Below, piece after piece: positions 27,852 through 38,389 of a stretch of DNA of 64,000 nt; position 1 is the first letter of the stretch, and every line of letters starts with the position of its first letter. Source of the stretch: Candidatus Latescibacterota bacterium (GTDB lineage: Bacteria; Latescibacterota; UBA2968; UBA8231); NCBI GenBank assembly GCA_965242865.1, contig CBDETK010000013.1:1856001-1920000 (forward strand), read 5' to 3'. The notes below the pieces were generated by a model, which saw only the letters and a program-made list of their open reading frames with translations, did not search any database and was not told where the DNA came from. A program made the position numbers and the translations under genes.

Positions 27852-29281
27852 CTCCCGCCGTATTGCTTTACCTTGCGGTAGAGCGTACTGAGGCCGATTT
27901 GCAGGACTTCGGCCGCCCGCCGCCGGTCGTCGCCCACGGCCTTTAGCGTCTCGGCAATGGCCAGCTGCTCGATCTCGGCCATGCTCATGCCGACGCGAAA
28001 ACCCAACCCGGGAAAAACGCGCTCTTGGCGGTTGATGTAGCGCGGAATGTCCCCGACTTCGAGGACGCCTTCGCCGGCACCCATGACGACCATGCCTTCG
28101 ATGCAGTTTTTCAATTCCCGCACATTGCCCGGCCAATCGTAATCGCGCAACACGTCCAAGGCCCGGGGCCGGATCCCCGCAATGCGCTTGTCGTTTTCGG
28201 CGGCGAACTGCCGGATGAAGGCGTCGGCCAGAATGGGGATGTCCTCGCGGCACTCGCGCAGGGGCGGCACTTCGATCTTGATCACATTGAGCCGGTAGAA
28301 GAGGTCCGCGCGGAAGTTTCCCTCTCGCACCATCGCCTCGACGTCGCGATGGGTCGCCGCGATCAAGCGCACATCGACCCGCCGGGTCTGGGTGCCGCCG
28401 ATTCGCTCAAAGCGACCGTCCTGAATCACTCTCAGCAGCTTCACTTGCGTCGGCAGGGGAATGTCGCCGACTTCGTCGAGGAACAAAGTGCCTTGATCGG
28501 CCAGCTCAAAGCGCCCTTTGCGCGCGGCTACGGCCCCGGTATAGGCCCCCTTTTCGTGGCCGAACAGCTCGTTTTCGACCAAGCTTTCCGGCAGGGCGCC
28601 GCAGTTGATTTCGACGAAGGCGTTTTCCCGCCGGCGGCTCCGTTGGTGGATGGCCTTTGCCACCTCGCCCTTGCCCGACCCGGTCTCGCCGGCGATCAGA
28701 ACGCTGGTCCGCGATTGGGCCACCTGTTCGATCTGGCGGTAAATGCGCTGCCAAGACGAGGAGCGGCGGGCGATGTCGTCAAAGCGGTAGCGCTCGTCCA
28801 AGCGGCGTTGCAAATCCGAGACCTCCCCTACGAGCTGCTGGTAGCTCAGGCCCTTTTCCAACACCGCGCCGACTTTGTCCAAGTTCAGCGGCTGGAGTTG
28901 AAAGTCGTACGCCCCTTGGCGCATCGCTTCAACGCCCAGCTCAATATCTTCAGACCCGGCCACGGCAATCGCGCAAATGGCTGGATTTCGCTTGTGGGCG
29001 AGTTGCTGGATTCGCAACCCGTCGATGCGCTTTTCGCGCAGGGCGTAGATCAGTGCGTCCATTGCATCGGCGTCGAGGATGTCGTACGCGCTCTGCCCCT
29101 CGTGTGCCCAGAGGACTTCGTACGCTCGCTGTTCCAAATAGAAAATCAGCGCCCGGGCCGCCTGCGATTCGGGCAGCACGACCAAGAGCCGCGGCTGCGT
29201 ATGGCGCTTTTCGTTCACCTCGCTCACGGATTGACCGGCTGGCACAACTCGACTGCGACTGCCTCGTTTCACGGATCCCAT
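27848..29281 (-). CDS. Sigma54-dependent NtrC/AtoC-type activator with degenerate receiver domain and Fis HTH; start uncertain
   Basis: GETGSGK, ELFGHEKGAYTGA, LFLDEVG, FRADLFYRLNV, WPGNVREL, STLYRK. Confidence 0.9.
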   Translation of the reverse strand: MGSVKRGSRSRVVPAGQSVSEVNEKRHTQPRLLVVLPESQAARALIFYLEQRAYEVLWAHEGQSAYDILDADAMDALIYALREKRIDGLRIQQLAHKRNPAICAIAVAGSEDIELGVEAMRQGAYDFQLQPLNLDKVGAVLEKGLSYQQLVGEVSDLQRRLDERYRFDDIARRSSSWQRIYRQIEQVAQSRTSVLIAGETGSGKGEVAKAIHQRSRRRENAFVEINCGALPESLVENELFGHEKGAYTGAVAARKGRFELADQGTLFLDEVGDIPLPTQVKLLRVIQDGRFERIGGTQTRRVDVRLIAATHRDVEAMVREGNFRADLFYRLNVIKIEVPPLRECREDIPILADAFIRQFAAENDKRIAGIRPRALDVLRDYDWPGNVRELKNCIEGMVVMGAGEGVLEVGDIPRYINRQERVFPGLGFRVGMSMAEIEQLAIAETLKAVGDDRRRAAEVLQIGLSTLYRKVKQYGGS

Positions 29282-29294
29282 ATCTACAATACAA

Positions 29295-29325
29295 ACGGGG
29301 CAAGATGGTCGTCATCTTGCCCCGT
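29295..29325 (-). terminator. Intrinsic terminator after rplQ
   Basis: 13-bp perfect stem ACGGGGCAAGATG/CATCTTGCCCCGT, 5-nt loop, T-rich tail on the minus strand. Confidence 0.75.
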
Positions 29326-29347
29326 CGTCTCAACCTTGGACACCCCG

Positions 29348-29770
29348 TTATTTTGCGGCCTGCGGCTCCTTTTCGGCGGCCTCGGCCGGTGGGGCTTCTT
29401 CGCCGGTCGCTCCATCGCGATCTACGAGCTCGACGATGCTCATCAGGGCCCCATCGCCGCGGCGCGGCCCCAACTTGATCAGGCGCGTATAGCCGCCGTT
29501 GCGGCTTTTATAGCGCGGCCCCAGTTCGTCGAAGAGCTTGGCAACCACTTGCTTGTCGGCTATGACGCGCAATACTCGACGCCGGGCGTGCAGGTCGCCC
29601 TGCTTGGCGCAAGTCAGCACCCGCTCGGCCGTGCGCTTGAGCTCTTTGGCGCGCGTCTGGGTGGTGGTGACGCGCTCGTTGATAAAGAGCGAGGCCATCA
29701 TGTTGGACAACATGGCTTTGCGGTGCGGTGCGGTGCGCCCCAGCTTGGCTATTTTTTTGCCGTGTCTCAT
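29348..29770 (-). CDS. rplQ: 50S ribosomal protein L17
   Basis: MRHGKKIAKLGR..HRKAML, RNGGYTR. Confidence 0.98.
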   Translation of the reverse strand: MRHGKKIAKLGRTAPHRKAMLSNMMASLFINERVTTTQTRAKELKRTAERVLTCAKQGDLHARRRVLRVIADKQVVAKLFDELGPRYKSRNGGYTRLIKLGPRRGDGALMSIVELVDRDGATGEEAPPAEAAEKEPQAAK

Positions 29771-29772
29771 CG

Positions 29773-30789
29773 CTAGAACTCTTCCGCCAGCGGGTTGTCC
29801 GCTTTTTGCTCGACCTCAATGCCGGCGTACGGAGTCAGATCCATGCCCCAGCTCAGGTCGTTTTCCTCGAGTACTTTCTGCAACTCGTTGAGCGATTTGC
29901 GGCCGAAATTGCGGTACTGAAGCATCTCGGCCTCCGTGCGCGACACCAAGTCTCGGAGATGGGTGATCCCTGCGGCTTTGAGGCAGTTGGCCGAACGCAC
30001 CGTCAACTCAATTTCTTCGACGGGCATTCGCAAGAGTTGGGCGATTTTCTTCTCCTTCTCGTCAATTTTCTTTTCGTCGGCGCCTTCGGGCTCCCCGGTA
30101 AAATTGATAAAAAGGCTTAGATGGTTGCTCAGGATTTGAGCGGCCTGCGCCATGGCGGCCTCGGGATGCACCGAGCCATTGGTCCAGACCTTCATAATCA
30201 GCTTGTCGTAGTCGGTGCGCCGCTCAACCCGCGTGTTCTCGGTCGCGTAGTGGACCTTGAGAACCGGCGAATAGTTCGTATCGAGAGGAATTGCACCAAT
30301 GGGCTGATCCGGGATTTTGTTCTCCTCGGCGAACTGGTAGCCGCGACCGCAGCCGACCACTAGTTCCATTTTTAGGGAGGCCCCTTTATCCAAGGTGGCG
30401 ATGTGCAGGTCGGGATTCATCACCTCGACGCTGGGGTCCACGGCTAGGGCCTTGGCCGACAAAGCCCCCGCTGTCGCGCATTCGATGTGCAGGACGCGAT
30501 CTTCTTCGCCACTATAGCGAATAGCCACTTCCTTGAGGTTGCGCACGATCTCCGGCACGTCCTCGCGCACCCCGGCAATCGTGGAAAACTCGTGATGCAC
30601 CCCCTCGATATTAACTTGCTTGATCGCGGCCCCTTGGATAAAGGACAGCAATACGCGGCGCAGGGCGTGCCCGATAGAGACGCCAAAACCGCGCTCGAGC
30701 GGCTGGACGACAAACATGCCATACGTCTCGCTGAGGCTTTCTTTTTCGACCTCGGCCAGCTTAGGCATCTGGAGACCTTCTAATTTCAT
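29773..30789 (-). CDS. rpoA: RNA polymerase alpha subunit
   Basis: PLERGFG..GHALRRVLLS, HEFSTI.GVRED, LTVRSANCLK, NFGRKSL. Confidence 0.98.
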   Translation of the reverse strand: MKLEGLQMPKLAEVEKESLSETYGMFVVQPLERGFGVSIGHALRRVLLSFIQGAAIKQVNIEGVHHEFSTIAGVREDVPEIVRNLKEVAIRYSGEEDRVLHIECATAGALSAKALAVDPSVEVMNPDLHIATLDKGASLKMELVVGCGRGYQFAEENKIPDQPIGAIPLDTNYSPVLKVHYATENTRVERRTDYDKLIMKVWTNGSVHPEAAMAQAAQILSNHLSLFINFTGEPEGADEKKIDEKEKKIAQLLRMPVEEIELTVRSANCLKAAGITHLRDLVSRTEAEMLQYRNFGRKSLNELQKVLEENDLSWGMDLTPYAGIEVEQKADNPLAEEF

Positions 30790-30831
30790 ACTGTATCCTC
30801 TTGTCTCTTGATGGATTGGACGGAGTGGACC

Positions 30832-31458
30832 TTAGACGCGAGAATAAAACTCAATGACCAGTTGTTCTTCGGCGACCGTGGGAATGTCTTCGCGGCTGGG
30901 GACCTCGGCCACGGTGCCGGTCAAGTTGACCTTGTCTATGGCCAGCCAAGGCACGGTATCCCGCGCCCGCCGCAGCGATTCGTGAATGGCCTCTAGCTGG
31001 CGACTGCGCTCGGCAACCTGCACCACATCCCCCATCCGGGTCAGGTAGGACGGGATATTGACCCGTCTGCCGTTTACCGCGATGTGGTTGTGGCGCACTA
31101 ACTGGCGCGCGGCCTTGCGCGAGGGCGCGAAACCGAGCCGATAGACGATGTTGTCGAGGCGCCGCTCCAACAGGCGCAACAGGTTTTCGCCGCTGACGCC
31201 CGGCACGCGCGAGGCCTCCTTATAGTAGCCCCTGAACTGGCCTTCGCGGATTCCGTAGAGCCGGGCTAACTTCTGCTTGGCTCGCAGTTGGACGCTGTAG
31301 TCGGACTGCTTGCGCCGCAGGCCCTGACCGTGTTGGCCCGGAGCGTAGCTGCGCCGCTCAAAGGAGCATTTTTCGAGGTTGCAGCGCTCGCCTTTCAGGA
31401 AGAGTTTGGCCCCCTCCCGGCGGCAGAAGCGACAGTTGGGACCGGTGTGTCTGCTCAT
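30832..31458 (-). CDS. rpsD: 30S ribosomal protein S4 (zinc-binding form)
   Basis: [28 protein letters not shown]. Confidence 0.98.
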   Translation of the reverse strand: MSRHTGPNCRFCRREGAKLFLKGERCNLEKCSFERRSYAPGQHGQGLRRKQSDYSVQLRAKQKLARLYGIREGQFRGYYKEASRVPGVSGENLLRLLERRLDNIVYRLGFAPSRKAARQLVRHNHIAVNGRRVNIPSYLTRMGDVVQVAERSRQLEAIHESLRRARDTVPWLAIDKVNLTGTVAEVPSREDIPTVAEEQLVIEFYSRV

Positions 31459-31474
31459 AACGTGGTTCGCTCCT

Positions 31475-31864
31475 CTAGACGCGGCGACGCTTCGGCGGCC
31501 GGCAGCCGTTGTGCGGCATGGGCGTCACGTCGCGGATGGCGGAAATCTCGAGCCCGGCGTTTTGCAGGGCGCGGATGGCGGACTCGCGCCCTACGCCCGG
31601 CCCCTTGACCCAGACCTCCACGCGGCGCAACCCCATATTCATGGCCTCTTGCGCGGCCTTTTCGGCCGCGAGCTGGCCGGCAAAGGGCGTTGATTTGCGA
31701 CTGCCCTTGATGCTCATTTTCCCCGGGGTCGCCCAAGAAATCACATTGCCCCTCGTATCGGTAAGGGTGATGATCGTATTGTTGAACGTGGCCAAAATGT
31801 GAGCCACGCCCACCGCTTCTACCTGTTTTGCTTTTTTGCGTCTCTTGCGTCTTTCGGGCGGCAA
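31475..31864 (-). CDS. rpsK: 30S ribosomal protein S11
   Basis: [35 protein letters not shown]; TTG start. Confidence 0.98.
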   Translation of the reverse strand: MPPERRKRRKKAKQVEAVGVAHILATFNNTIITLTDTRGNVISWATPGKMSIKGSRKSTPFAGQLAAEKAAQEAMNMGLRRVEVWVKGPGVGRESAIRALQNAGLEISAIRDVTPMPHNGCRPPKRRRV

Positions 31865-31890
31865 AGGTCCACCTCTCCGTTTGGGTTGAT

Positions 31891-32271
31891 TTACTTGACC
31901 GGGGCCTTTTTCTTGCCGGCAATGGCTCGCCGCGGCCCCTTGCGCGTGCGGGCATTGGTCTTGGTGCGTTGGCCGTTGGCCGGCAGCCCGCGACGATGCC
32001 GCAACCCCCGATAGCAGCCGATGTCCATGAGCCGCTTGACATTCAGGGTGGTCTCGCCGCGCAAACTGCCTTCGACCTTGTGGCTGACCTCGATGACCGA
32101 GCGCAAACTGTTGACTTGGTCTTCGCTCAGCTCGTTGATGCGAGTTTGGGGGTCAATCCTCGCCTGAGCGGCGATGCGACGGGCTGTCGCGTACCCAATG
32201 CCAAAGATATAGGTCAATGCGATGACGACCCGCTTGTCGCGGGGTAAATCTACACCTGCTATGCGTGCCAT
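31891..32271 (-). CDS. rpsM: 30S ribosomal protein S13
   Basis: [21 protein letters not shown]. Confidence 0.98.
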   Translation of the reverse strand: MARIAGVDLPRDKRVVIALTYIFGIGYATARRIAAQARIDPQTRINELSEDQVNSLRSVIEVSHKVEGSLRGETTLNVKRLMDIGCYRGLRHRRGLPANGQRTKTNARTRKGPRRAIAGKKKAPVK

Positions 32272-32346
32272 GGTGTTTGCCTCTTCATGGTAAAGTGCTC
32301 GGGGGGCCGACCGGTCTTAGGGCTTCAACGACCCTAAATCAGCAAA

Positions 32347-32463
32347 TCAGCCTTGCTTCTGCTTGTGGCGGGGATTGCGCCGGCATATCACGCGCACGAC
32401 CCCGTGCCGACGGACGATCTTGCACTCGGCGCAACGCTTGCTGACAGAGGCTCTAACTTTCAC
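32347..32463 (-). CDS. rpmJ: 50S ribosomal protein L36
   Basis: Below ORF-track cutoff; manual translation [38 protein letters not shown] (GTG start). Confidence 0.97.
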   Translation of the reverse strand: MKVRASVSKRCAECKIVRRHGVVRVICRRNPRHKQKQG

Positions 32464-32499
32464 GATACTCGCTCCAAGTGAGGGGGTCGCCGCAGTTTT

Positions 32500-33846
32500 T
32501 TAGCCGCGACGGCCCTGAATTTTGCCCCGCTTCATAAAGCCCTCGTAGTGGCGAGTCATTAGCTGGGACTCGATCTGCTGCAACGTGTCTAACGCCACGC
32601 CGACGACGATCAAAAGCCCGGTGCCGCCAAAAAATTGGGCAAAAGAAGGAGCCACGTTGAATTGCTGCGTGACGAAGAAGGGAAAAATCGCCACCAGCGC
32701 GAGGGCAATAGAACCCGGCAAGGTAATCCGCGTCATAATCCCATCAATGTACTGGGCGGTGCGCGGACCGGGGCGAACCCCCGGAATGAAGCCTCCGTGC
32801 TTTTTCATGTTGTCGGCGAGCTGATTGGGATCCATGACGATGGCAGTATAAAAATACGTAAAGAAGATGATCATTAGCGCATAGACGAACCAATAAAACA
32901 GGGATTCGGTCGAGAAAAACGAACCTATCGCCAGCATGAACTCATGGCCGGGGAACATCTGCGTGATCGTACCGGGCAAAAACATGATCGACTGGGCAAA
33001 TATGATCGGAATCACGCCCGCCGTGTTGATCCGCAACGGAATGTGCGTGGTCTGGCCGCCGTAAACCCGCCGCCCGACGACGCGCTTGGCGTATTGCACG
33101 GGAATTTTGCGTAGCCCCTGAGTCAGCAAGATCACAAAGGCCACGACTAAGAACATGAGGCCGACGAGAAAGATCTCTTCAATGATGTTCTTGCTAAAAC
33201 CGCGATTGATGATGAAGAGGTTGTATTCTTGATTGATCGCGTAGGGCAACTCGGCGATGATGCCGATGAAAATTATCAGAGAAATGCCGTTGCCAATGCC
33301 GCGCTCGGTGATCTGCTCGCCCAGCCACATGATAAAGATCGTGCCGGTGGTAATCGTCAGCATGGTCGCCAACGTAAAGCCAAGACCTGGGTCGGCCACG
33401 GCCGGCTGCCCCGAGTACGGGGCCTTGATGCTGGTTATGAAGAAACTGACGCCGTAGGACTGAGCAGCCGCCAGAAAGACCGTGCCATAGCGCGTGTACT
33501 GGGTTATTTTTTTGCGCCCTTCTTCGCCTTCGCGCTGCAATTTTTGGAAGTAGGGAATAACCGCGCCCAGCAACTGCAAAATGATCGAGGCGCTGATATA
33601 GGGCATAATGCCCAGCGCAAAGATCGTCCCCCGCGTAAAAGCACCGCCCACAAACATGTCGTACAGCCCAAAAAGGGTGTTGCCAGAGCTTTCAAAATAC
33701 TCTTTGAGCACGGCTAACTCGACCCCGGGCACCGTGATCTGACCGCCGATGCGATAGACGACCAAAAGCCCCACCGTGAAGAGTATCCGGCGACGCAAAT
33801 CGGGAATTTTGAAGCAGTTTTGAAAACTCTGCACCAATTGCATCAA
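32500..33846 (-). CDS. secY: Preprotein translocase SecY
   Basis: FALGIMPYISASII, GIGNGISLII, GFIPGVRPG, GGTGLLIVVGVA. Confidence 0.98.
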   Translation of the reverse strand: MMQLVQSFQNCFKIPDLRRRILFTVGLLVVYRIGGQITVPGVELAVLKEYFESSGNTLFGLYDMFVGGAFTRGTIFALGIMPYISASIILQLLGAVIPYFQKLQREGEEGRKKITQYTRYGTVFLAAAQSYGVSFFITSIKAPYSGQPAVADPGLGFTLATMLTITTGTIFIMWLGEQITERGIGNGISLIIFIGIIAELPYAINQEYNLFIINRGFSKNIIEEIFLVGLMFLVVAFVILLTQGLRKIPVQYAKRVVGRRVYGGQTTHIPLRINTAGVIPIIFAQSIMFLPGTITQMFPGHEFMLAIGSFFSTESLFYWFVYALMIIFFTYFYTAIVMDPNQLADNMKKHGGFIPGVRPGPRTAQYIDGIMTRITLPGSIALALVAIFPFFVTQQFNVAPSFAQFFGGTGLLIVVGVALDTLQQIESQLMTRHYEGFMKRGKIQGRRG

Positions 33847-34292
33847 ATCACCTCGGCTTGGCCGCCTGCTTTGACAATTTTCTCGGCGGCCGCAGTGGAG
33901 AATTTGTGCGCCTTAACCGTCAGGGGCTGGCTCAGTTCCCCTTCGCCGAGGACCTTGAGCAGCCCTGATGGCTTGGCGATCAAACCGGCCGCAGCCATTT
34001 CCTCTGGCCCGACTTCCCCGCTGAGTCCCCTCGCTTCAAGGTCGCGCAGATTGACGATCTGGTAGATCGTTTTGAATTTGTGATTGGAAAAACCCACCTT
34101 GGGAATGTGGCGGAACAGCGGCAGGGTCCCGCCGGTGAACCCGACGCGGTTGCCGCGCCTAGCACCGGACCTAGCCCGCTGGCCTTTGTGGCCTTTGCCG
34201 GCGGTCTTGCCCGTCCCCGAACCCGGCCCTTGTCCCAGTCGCTTGCGGCTCCGCTTAGACCCCGGAGGGCATTTTATGTTTTCTAGACGCAT
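33843..34292 (-). CDS. rplO: 50S ribosomal protein L15
   Basis: GSGTGKTAGKGHKGQRARSG, KVLGEG. Confidence 0.97.
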   Translation of the reverse strand: MRLENIKCPPGSKRSRKRLGQGPGSGTGKTAGKGHKGQRARSGARRGNRVGFTGGTLPLFRHIPKVGFSNHKFKTIYQIVNLRDLEARGLSGEVGPEEMAAAGLIAKPSGLLKVLGEGELSQPLTVKAHKFSTAAAEKIVKAGGQAEVI

Positions 34293-34305
34293 GGCACGCT
34301 CTCGC

Positions 34306-34497
34306 TTACTCTTCTACGGCCTCTACTTCCTCTACGGCGACCAGATGCTTGACTTTGGCGATCATTCCCCGAATCTGGGGCGTGTCGTTGTGCTCGACCT
34401 GTTGATATAGGCGCTTGATTCCCAACGCCGCGATCGTCGCCTTTTGCCCTGCGGCGCGGCCAATGGCACTGCGCCGCTGCGTAATGATCAATTTCAT
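34306..34497 (-). CDS. rpmD: 50S ribosomal protein L30
   Basis: RSAIG, DTPQIRGMIAKVKHLV. Confidence 0.96.
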   Translation of the reverse strand: MKLIITQRRSAIGRAAGQKATIAALGIKRLYQQVEHNDTPQIRGMIAKVKHLVAVEEVEAVEE

Positions 34498-34503
34498 GGG
34501 CTC

Positions 34504-35037
34504 TTAATCCCAAGCGCGGAGCGATTCCACCGGAACCCCGCGCTCCCGAGCGATCATCTCGGCACTGCGTAGTTGCGTCAGTGCTTTGACGGTCGCCTTC
34601 ACTGAATTCTGCACGTTGTTGGACCCGAGGGATTTGGTCAGAATATCGTGGATGCCGGCCAGTTCCAGCACGATGCGGGTGCCACCGCTGGCGATGATTC
34701 CAGTTCCCGGGGTCGCTGGCTTAAAAAGGAGCTTGGCCGCGCCAAAGACTCCGACGACCTCATGCGGGATGGTTCCGTCGGTGACCGGGACCTCGACGAC
34801 GTTCTTTTTGGCCGCCTCAGCCCCCTTGCGGATGGCCTCGGCGATCTCACCGGCCTTGCCCGAACCAAACCCCACTCGACCCTTGCGGTCGCCAACCACA
34901 ACCATCGCGCTAAAGCTGAAACGCCGCCCTCCCTTGCGCACATGCGAAACTCGCTTGATGCTGTTTTGGACGACAGCTTCGCTCAGTTCGGCATCGCTGG
35001 AATCGGGTTTCCCTCTGCTCGTATCTGCTTTCGCCAC
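34504..35037 (-). CDS. rpsE: 30S ribosomal protein S5
   Basis: [30 protein letters not shown]. Confidence 0.97.
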   Translation of the reverse strand: MAKADTSRGKPDSSDAELSEAVVQNSIKRVSHVRKGGRRFSFSAMVVVGDRKGRVGFGSGKAGEIAEAIRKGAEAAKKNVVEVPVTDGTIPHEVVGVFGAAKLLFKPATPGTGIIASGGTRIVLELAGIHDILTKSLGSNNVQNSVKATVKALTQLRSAEMIARERGVPVESLRAWD

Positions 35038-35048
35038 GCCGTTCTCCC

Positions 35049-35423
35049 TTAAAAATTCAAGCCGGCTTCCCGCGCGCCATCGGCCACGGCCTTGATCACT
35101 CCGTGATAGAGCAGGCCGCCGCGGTCAAAAACGACCTGCTTAATGCCTTTTTCGTGCGCCTTGGCAGCGACTATTTTGCCGACTTCGTGCCCTTGCGCCA
35201 CGCGATTGTCAAACTGCCGTTCCCTCAGCTCCCGACACTGGGTGGAAAGCCCTAAAAGGGAATGACCCACCGCATCGTCGACGAGCTGCACCTCGATATG
35301 ACGCAGGGAACGATACACCACCATGCGAGGACGCTCGGACGTACCCGACACGATCTTGCGCAGTCGGTGCCGACGACGCTGCCGACGCTGCCGCTTTCCG
35401 GCCAAGTGTTTTTTGTCTTTCAT
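35049..35423 (-). CDS. rplR: 50S ribosomal protein L18
   Basis: [25 protein letters not shown]. Confidence 0.97.
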   Translation of the reverse strand: MKDKKHLAGKRQRRQRRRHRLRKIVSGTSERPRMVVYRSLRHIEVQLVDDAVGHSLLGLSTQCRELRERQFDNRVAQGHEVGKIVAAKAHEKGIKQVVFDRGGLLYHGVIKAVADGAREAGLNF

Positions 35424-35980
35424 TAGCCTACTGCCGCCTTGCCCTGTTTCCAGTGAATGACCTCGTTTTCATAGCGAACCCCCTTGCCCTTGTAAGGCTC
35501 TGGGCGGCGCTTGAAGCGAATATCGGCAGCCACTTGGCCCACGAGTTGCTTGTCGATGCCCCGGACGGCGATGCGGGCTTGCGCGCCTTGAGTGCCGCCG
35601 GACACTTCGATTTGGATGCCCTCGGGGACCTCGTAGATCACCGGATGCGAATACCCTACGTGGAGCACGAGCTGTCGGCCTTGGACCTCGGCCCGATACC
35701 CTACGCCAAATAGATCCAAGTTCTTGAAAAAGCCCTTGGAGACTCCCTCAACCGCATTGGCGATCAAGGTGCGGGTCAAGCCGTGTAGGGAACGAGCCTG
35801 TTTGCTCTCGCCTTTGCGCGTCACAATTAAGGCACTGTCTTGCTGAGCCACTGCGAGATGCTCGGCGACAAACGGCACCTGTAACTGGCCTTTTGGCCCT
35901 TTCACGGAAACCTCGGCAGGCGCCAACGCGACCTCGATGCCCTGCGGTAAGGGAAGGGGTTTGCTGCCTATGCGCGACAA
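35423..35980 (-). CDS. rplF: 50S ribosomal protein L6
   Basis: SRIG, KGPKGQL, GVGYRA, PEPYKGKGVRY; TTG start. Confidence 0.97.
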   Translation of the reverse strand: MSRIGSKPLPLPQGIEVALAPAEVSVKGPKGQLQVPFVAEHLAVAQQDSALIVTRKGESKQARSLHGLTRTLIANAVEGVSKGFFKNLDLFGVGYRAEVQGRQLVLHVGYSHPVIYEVPEGIQIEVSGGTQGAQARIAVRGIDKQLVGQVAADIRFKRRPEPYKGKGVRYENEVIHWKQGKAAVG

Positions 35981-36004
35981 TCTAAATTCTCCCAGTGGCT
36001 TTCA

Positions 36005-36403
36005 TTACCAGACGCTACAGAGGACCTCGCCGCCCACGCCGTTTATTCTCGCTTCTTTATCCGTCATCACGCCCTTAGAGGTGGAGATGATGGCGATGCC
36101 CAGCCCCCGGAGCACGCGCGGAACATGGGCCTTGCCCGCATATTGGCGCAACCCGGGTTTGCTGACGCGCTCTAGCCCGCGAATGATGCTGTTATCGTTC
36201 TGATCATAGCGCAGATAGAGCCGCAAAATGCCCTGCTTGCCATCTTCAATAAAGGCGAAGTTGTCGATAAAACGGGCCTCGGCCAATACGCGGGCCACTT
36301 CTCGCTTCAGCTTTGAGGCGGGCACGTCGACCTTTGAGTGCTTGGCACCACAGGCGTTGCGAATGCGGGTCAACATGTCCGCTATGGGATCCGTCATGCT
36401 CAT
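36005..36403 (-). CDS. rpsH: 30S ribosomal protein S8
   Basis: [29 protein letters not shown]. Confidence 0.98.
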   Translation of the reverse strand: MSMTDPIADMLTRIRNACGAKHSKVDVPASKLKREVARVLAEARFIDNFAFIEDGKQGILRLYLRYDQNDNSIIRGLERVSKPGLRQYAGKAHVPRVLRGLGIAIISTSKGVMTDKEARINGVGGEVLCSVW

Positions 36404-36421
36404 TATTGATTCTCCAACTCG

Positions 36422-36607
36422 CTACCAACTCGCCTTGCTAACGCCCGGAATCTCGCCCTTGAGGGCCAACTCGCGAAAACAAATGCGGCACAGGCCGAAC
36501 TTGCGATATACAGCACGCGGGCGTCCACAACAGTGGCAGCGAGTATAGGCTCGCGAGGAAAACTTGGGTTTGCGCTGCGCTTTGGCTATCAAGCATTTCT
36601 TTGGCAT
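36422..36607 (-). CDS. rpsN: 30S ribosomal protein S14, zinc-binding type Z
   Basis: [23 protein letters not shown]. Confidence 0.97.
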   Translation of the reverse strand: MPKKCLIAKAQRKPKFSSRAYTRCHCCGRPRAVYRKFGLCRICFRELALKGEIPGVSKASW

Positions 36608-36625
36608 TAGCAGGTTCTTTCTGAT

Positions 36626-37171
36626 TTATTGGCTAAAGGGCATGCCCAACAATCGGAGCAACTCTTGGCCTTCTTCGTCGCTTTTGGCCGAGGTGACAAT
36701 GGTGATGTTCATGCCCCGGACTTGGTCGATCATATCGTAGTTGATCTCGGGAAATATGATCTGTTCCTTGATGCCCAGATTGTAGTTACCACGCCCGTCG
36801 AAACTCTTGGGCGAAACTCCGCGAAAATCTCGCACCTGCGGCAAGGCGAAACTAATCAAGCGGTCGAGAAACTCGTACATGCGGGTGCCCCGCAACGTGA
36901 CCATGCAGCCGATGGGGATGCCGACGCGCAATTTGAAGTTTGAGATCGCCTTCTTGGCTTGGCGGATGGCGGGCTTTTGGCCGGTGATCGCCGTCAATTC
37001 GGCTACCGCGCCTTCGAGCACCTTGGGCTCTTGCACCGCCTCGCCAACGCCCATATTGACGACGACCTTCTGCAAGCGCGGCACCTGCATGTCGTTCTCA
37101 AAGGCGAAGCGGGCCTTGAGTTGGGGCAACGCTTTTTCGCGATATTGTTTTTTCAGTCTGGCTTCGTACAT
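36626..37171 (-). CDS. rplE: 50S ribosomal protein L5
   Basis: [24 protein letters not shown]. Confidence 0.98.
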   Translation of the reverse strand: MYEARLKKQYREKALPQLKARFAFENDMQVPRLQKVVVNMGVGEAVQEPKVLEGAVAELTAITGQKPAIRQAKKAISNFKLRVGIPIGCMVTLRGTRMYEFLDRLISFALPQVRDFRGVSPKSFDGRGNYNLGIKEQIIFPEINYDMIDQVRGMNITIVTSAKSDEEGQELLRLLGMPFSQ

Positions 37172-37179
37172 GGCTTGGC

Positions 37180-37497
37180 TTATTCTGGGTCAATCATTTC
37201 GCCGCTGCGAACCGAGACGCGCACGTATTTACCGTTGTCCAGCTTCCGGTGGCGGATGCGCGTCGGTTGGTCGGTCTTGGGGCAAACGATCATGACATTG
37301 GAAACGTGAATGGGGGCCTCGCGCTCAACGATACCTCCCTGGGGGTCGCGCGATGTCGGGCGGGTGTGGTGCTTGCGCATATTCACGCCTTCGACGATGA
37401 CTCGCCCCCGATCTTTAAGCACACTGAGTACGGTCGAGCGCCGGCCTTTGTCGTTGCCGCTTATGACCTGTACTGTATCGTCTTTGCGAATGTCCAT
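37180..37497 (-). CDS. rplX: 50S ribosomal protein L24
   Basis: [17 protein letters not shown]. Confidence 0.97.
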   Translation of the reverse strand: MDIRKDDTVQVISGNDKGRRSTVLSVLKDRGRVIVEGVNMRKHHTRPTSRDPQGGIVEREAPIHVSNVMIVCPKTDQPTRIRHRKLDNGKYVRVSVRSGEMIDPE

Positions 37498-37508
37498 TAT
37501 GCTCTTCC

Positions 37509-37877
37509 TCAGACGACCTCAGGCGCCAACGAGACAATGCGCATGTATTGCTTTTCGCGCAGCTCGCGGGCCACAGGCCCAAATATGCGAGTACCTGTGG
37601 GCTCCTTATCGTCATTGACCAATACAGCGGCGTTGTCGTCAAAGCGGATGTAAGAGCCATCGGGACGGCGATATTCCTTCTTGGTCCGCACAACTACGGC
37701 CTTGACGACTTGCCCTTCCTCTAAAGGCCCGTTCGGCGCTACGCCGTGGACAGCGACTACGATTAGATCGCCAATGCTGGCATAGCGCTTGCGGGAGCCG
37801 CCCAGTACGCGAATGCAGCGGCCTGTACGGGCCCCGGCGTTATCCGCCATTTTGACTACGCTGTATTCCCGAATCAT
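37509..37877 (-). CDS. rplN: 50S ribosomal protein L14
   Basis: [26 protein letters not shown]. Confidence 0.98.
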   Translation of the reverse strand: MIREYSVVKMADNAGARTGRCIRVLGGSRKRYASIGDLIVVAVHGVAPNGPLEEGQVVKAVVVRTKKEYRRPDGSYIRFDDNAAVLVNDDKEPTGTRIFGPVARELREKQYMRIVSLAPEVV

Positions 37878-37904
37878 GTTGTTCCTGCCAGCTTAATTTT
37901 TGAT

Positions 37905-38162
37905 TTACTGCCGCTCTAGTATATCGACGAGCCGCCAACGCTTGGTTTTGCTCATGGGCCGGCACTCCTCAATGCGCACGAGATCGCCAACTTGCGACTC
38001 TTCCTGCTCGTCGTGGGCGACAAACTTGGCAGTGCGGCGGATGATCCGGCCGTACAGGGCATGCGGAATGCGCTGTTCAACCGCCACAATCCGCGTCTTG
38101 ATGTTACTGGCCTTGAGCACTCGGCCTTCAGCCTGACGCCGGCCTCGCTGTTGTTTAGCCAT
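37905..38162 (-). CDS. rpsQ: 30S ribosomal protein S17
   Basis: AHDE, GDLVRIEECRPMSKTKRW; start at MAKQQ. Confidence 0.95.
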   Translation of the reverse strand: MAKQQRGRRQAEGRVLKASNIKTRIVAVEQRIPHALYGRIIRRTAKFVAHDEQEESQVGDLVRIEECRPMSKTKRWRLVDILERQ

Positions 38163-38169
38163 TTCCCAC

Positions 38170-38385
38170 CTATTTCCCGCCGGCCAAGGGGCGAATCCCG
38201 CGCTCGTGCTCTTTGAGCACTGTGTGCGCCTTGGCAATATCGCGCCGCACCTGCCGCAACCGAATGGGACTAGTCAACTGGCCGGCTACGTGCTGAAAAC
38301 GCAGGTTGAAGAATTCCTCGTGTAGTTCTTCCAACCTGCTTTGCACTTCCTCTACACTCATCTCGCGCAATTCGCTGACCTTCAT
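38170..38385 (-). CDS. rpmC: 50S ribosomal protein L29
   Basis: MKVSELR, FNLRFQ, VRRDIA. Confidence 0.96.
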   Translation of the reverse strand: MKVSELREMSVEEVQSRLEELHEEFFNLRFQHVAGQLTSPIRLRQVRRDIAKAHTVLKEHERGIRPLAGGK

Positions 38386-38389
38386 AGCC

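Noticed and set aside
28025-29776. 583-aa plus-strand ORF
   Set aside because: Antisense shadow of the sigma54 activator and rplQ in high-GC DNA; no motifs
32272-32346. Small hairpins before rpsM (TTAGGG...CCCTAA) as an S4-type regulatory leader
   Set aside because: Stems too short and no pseudoknot evident by eye; cannot support
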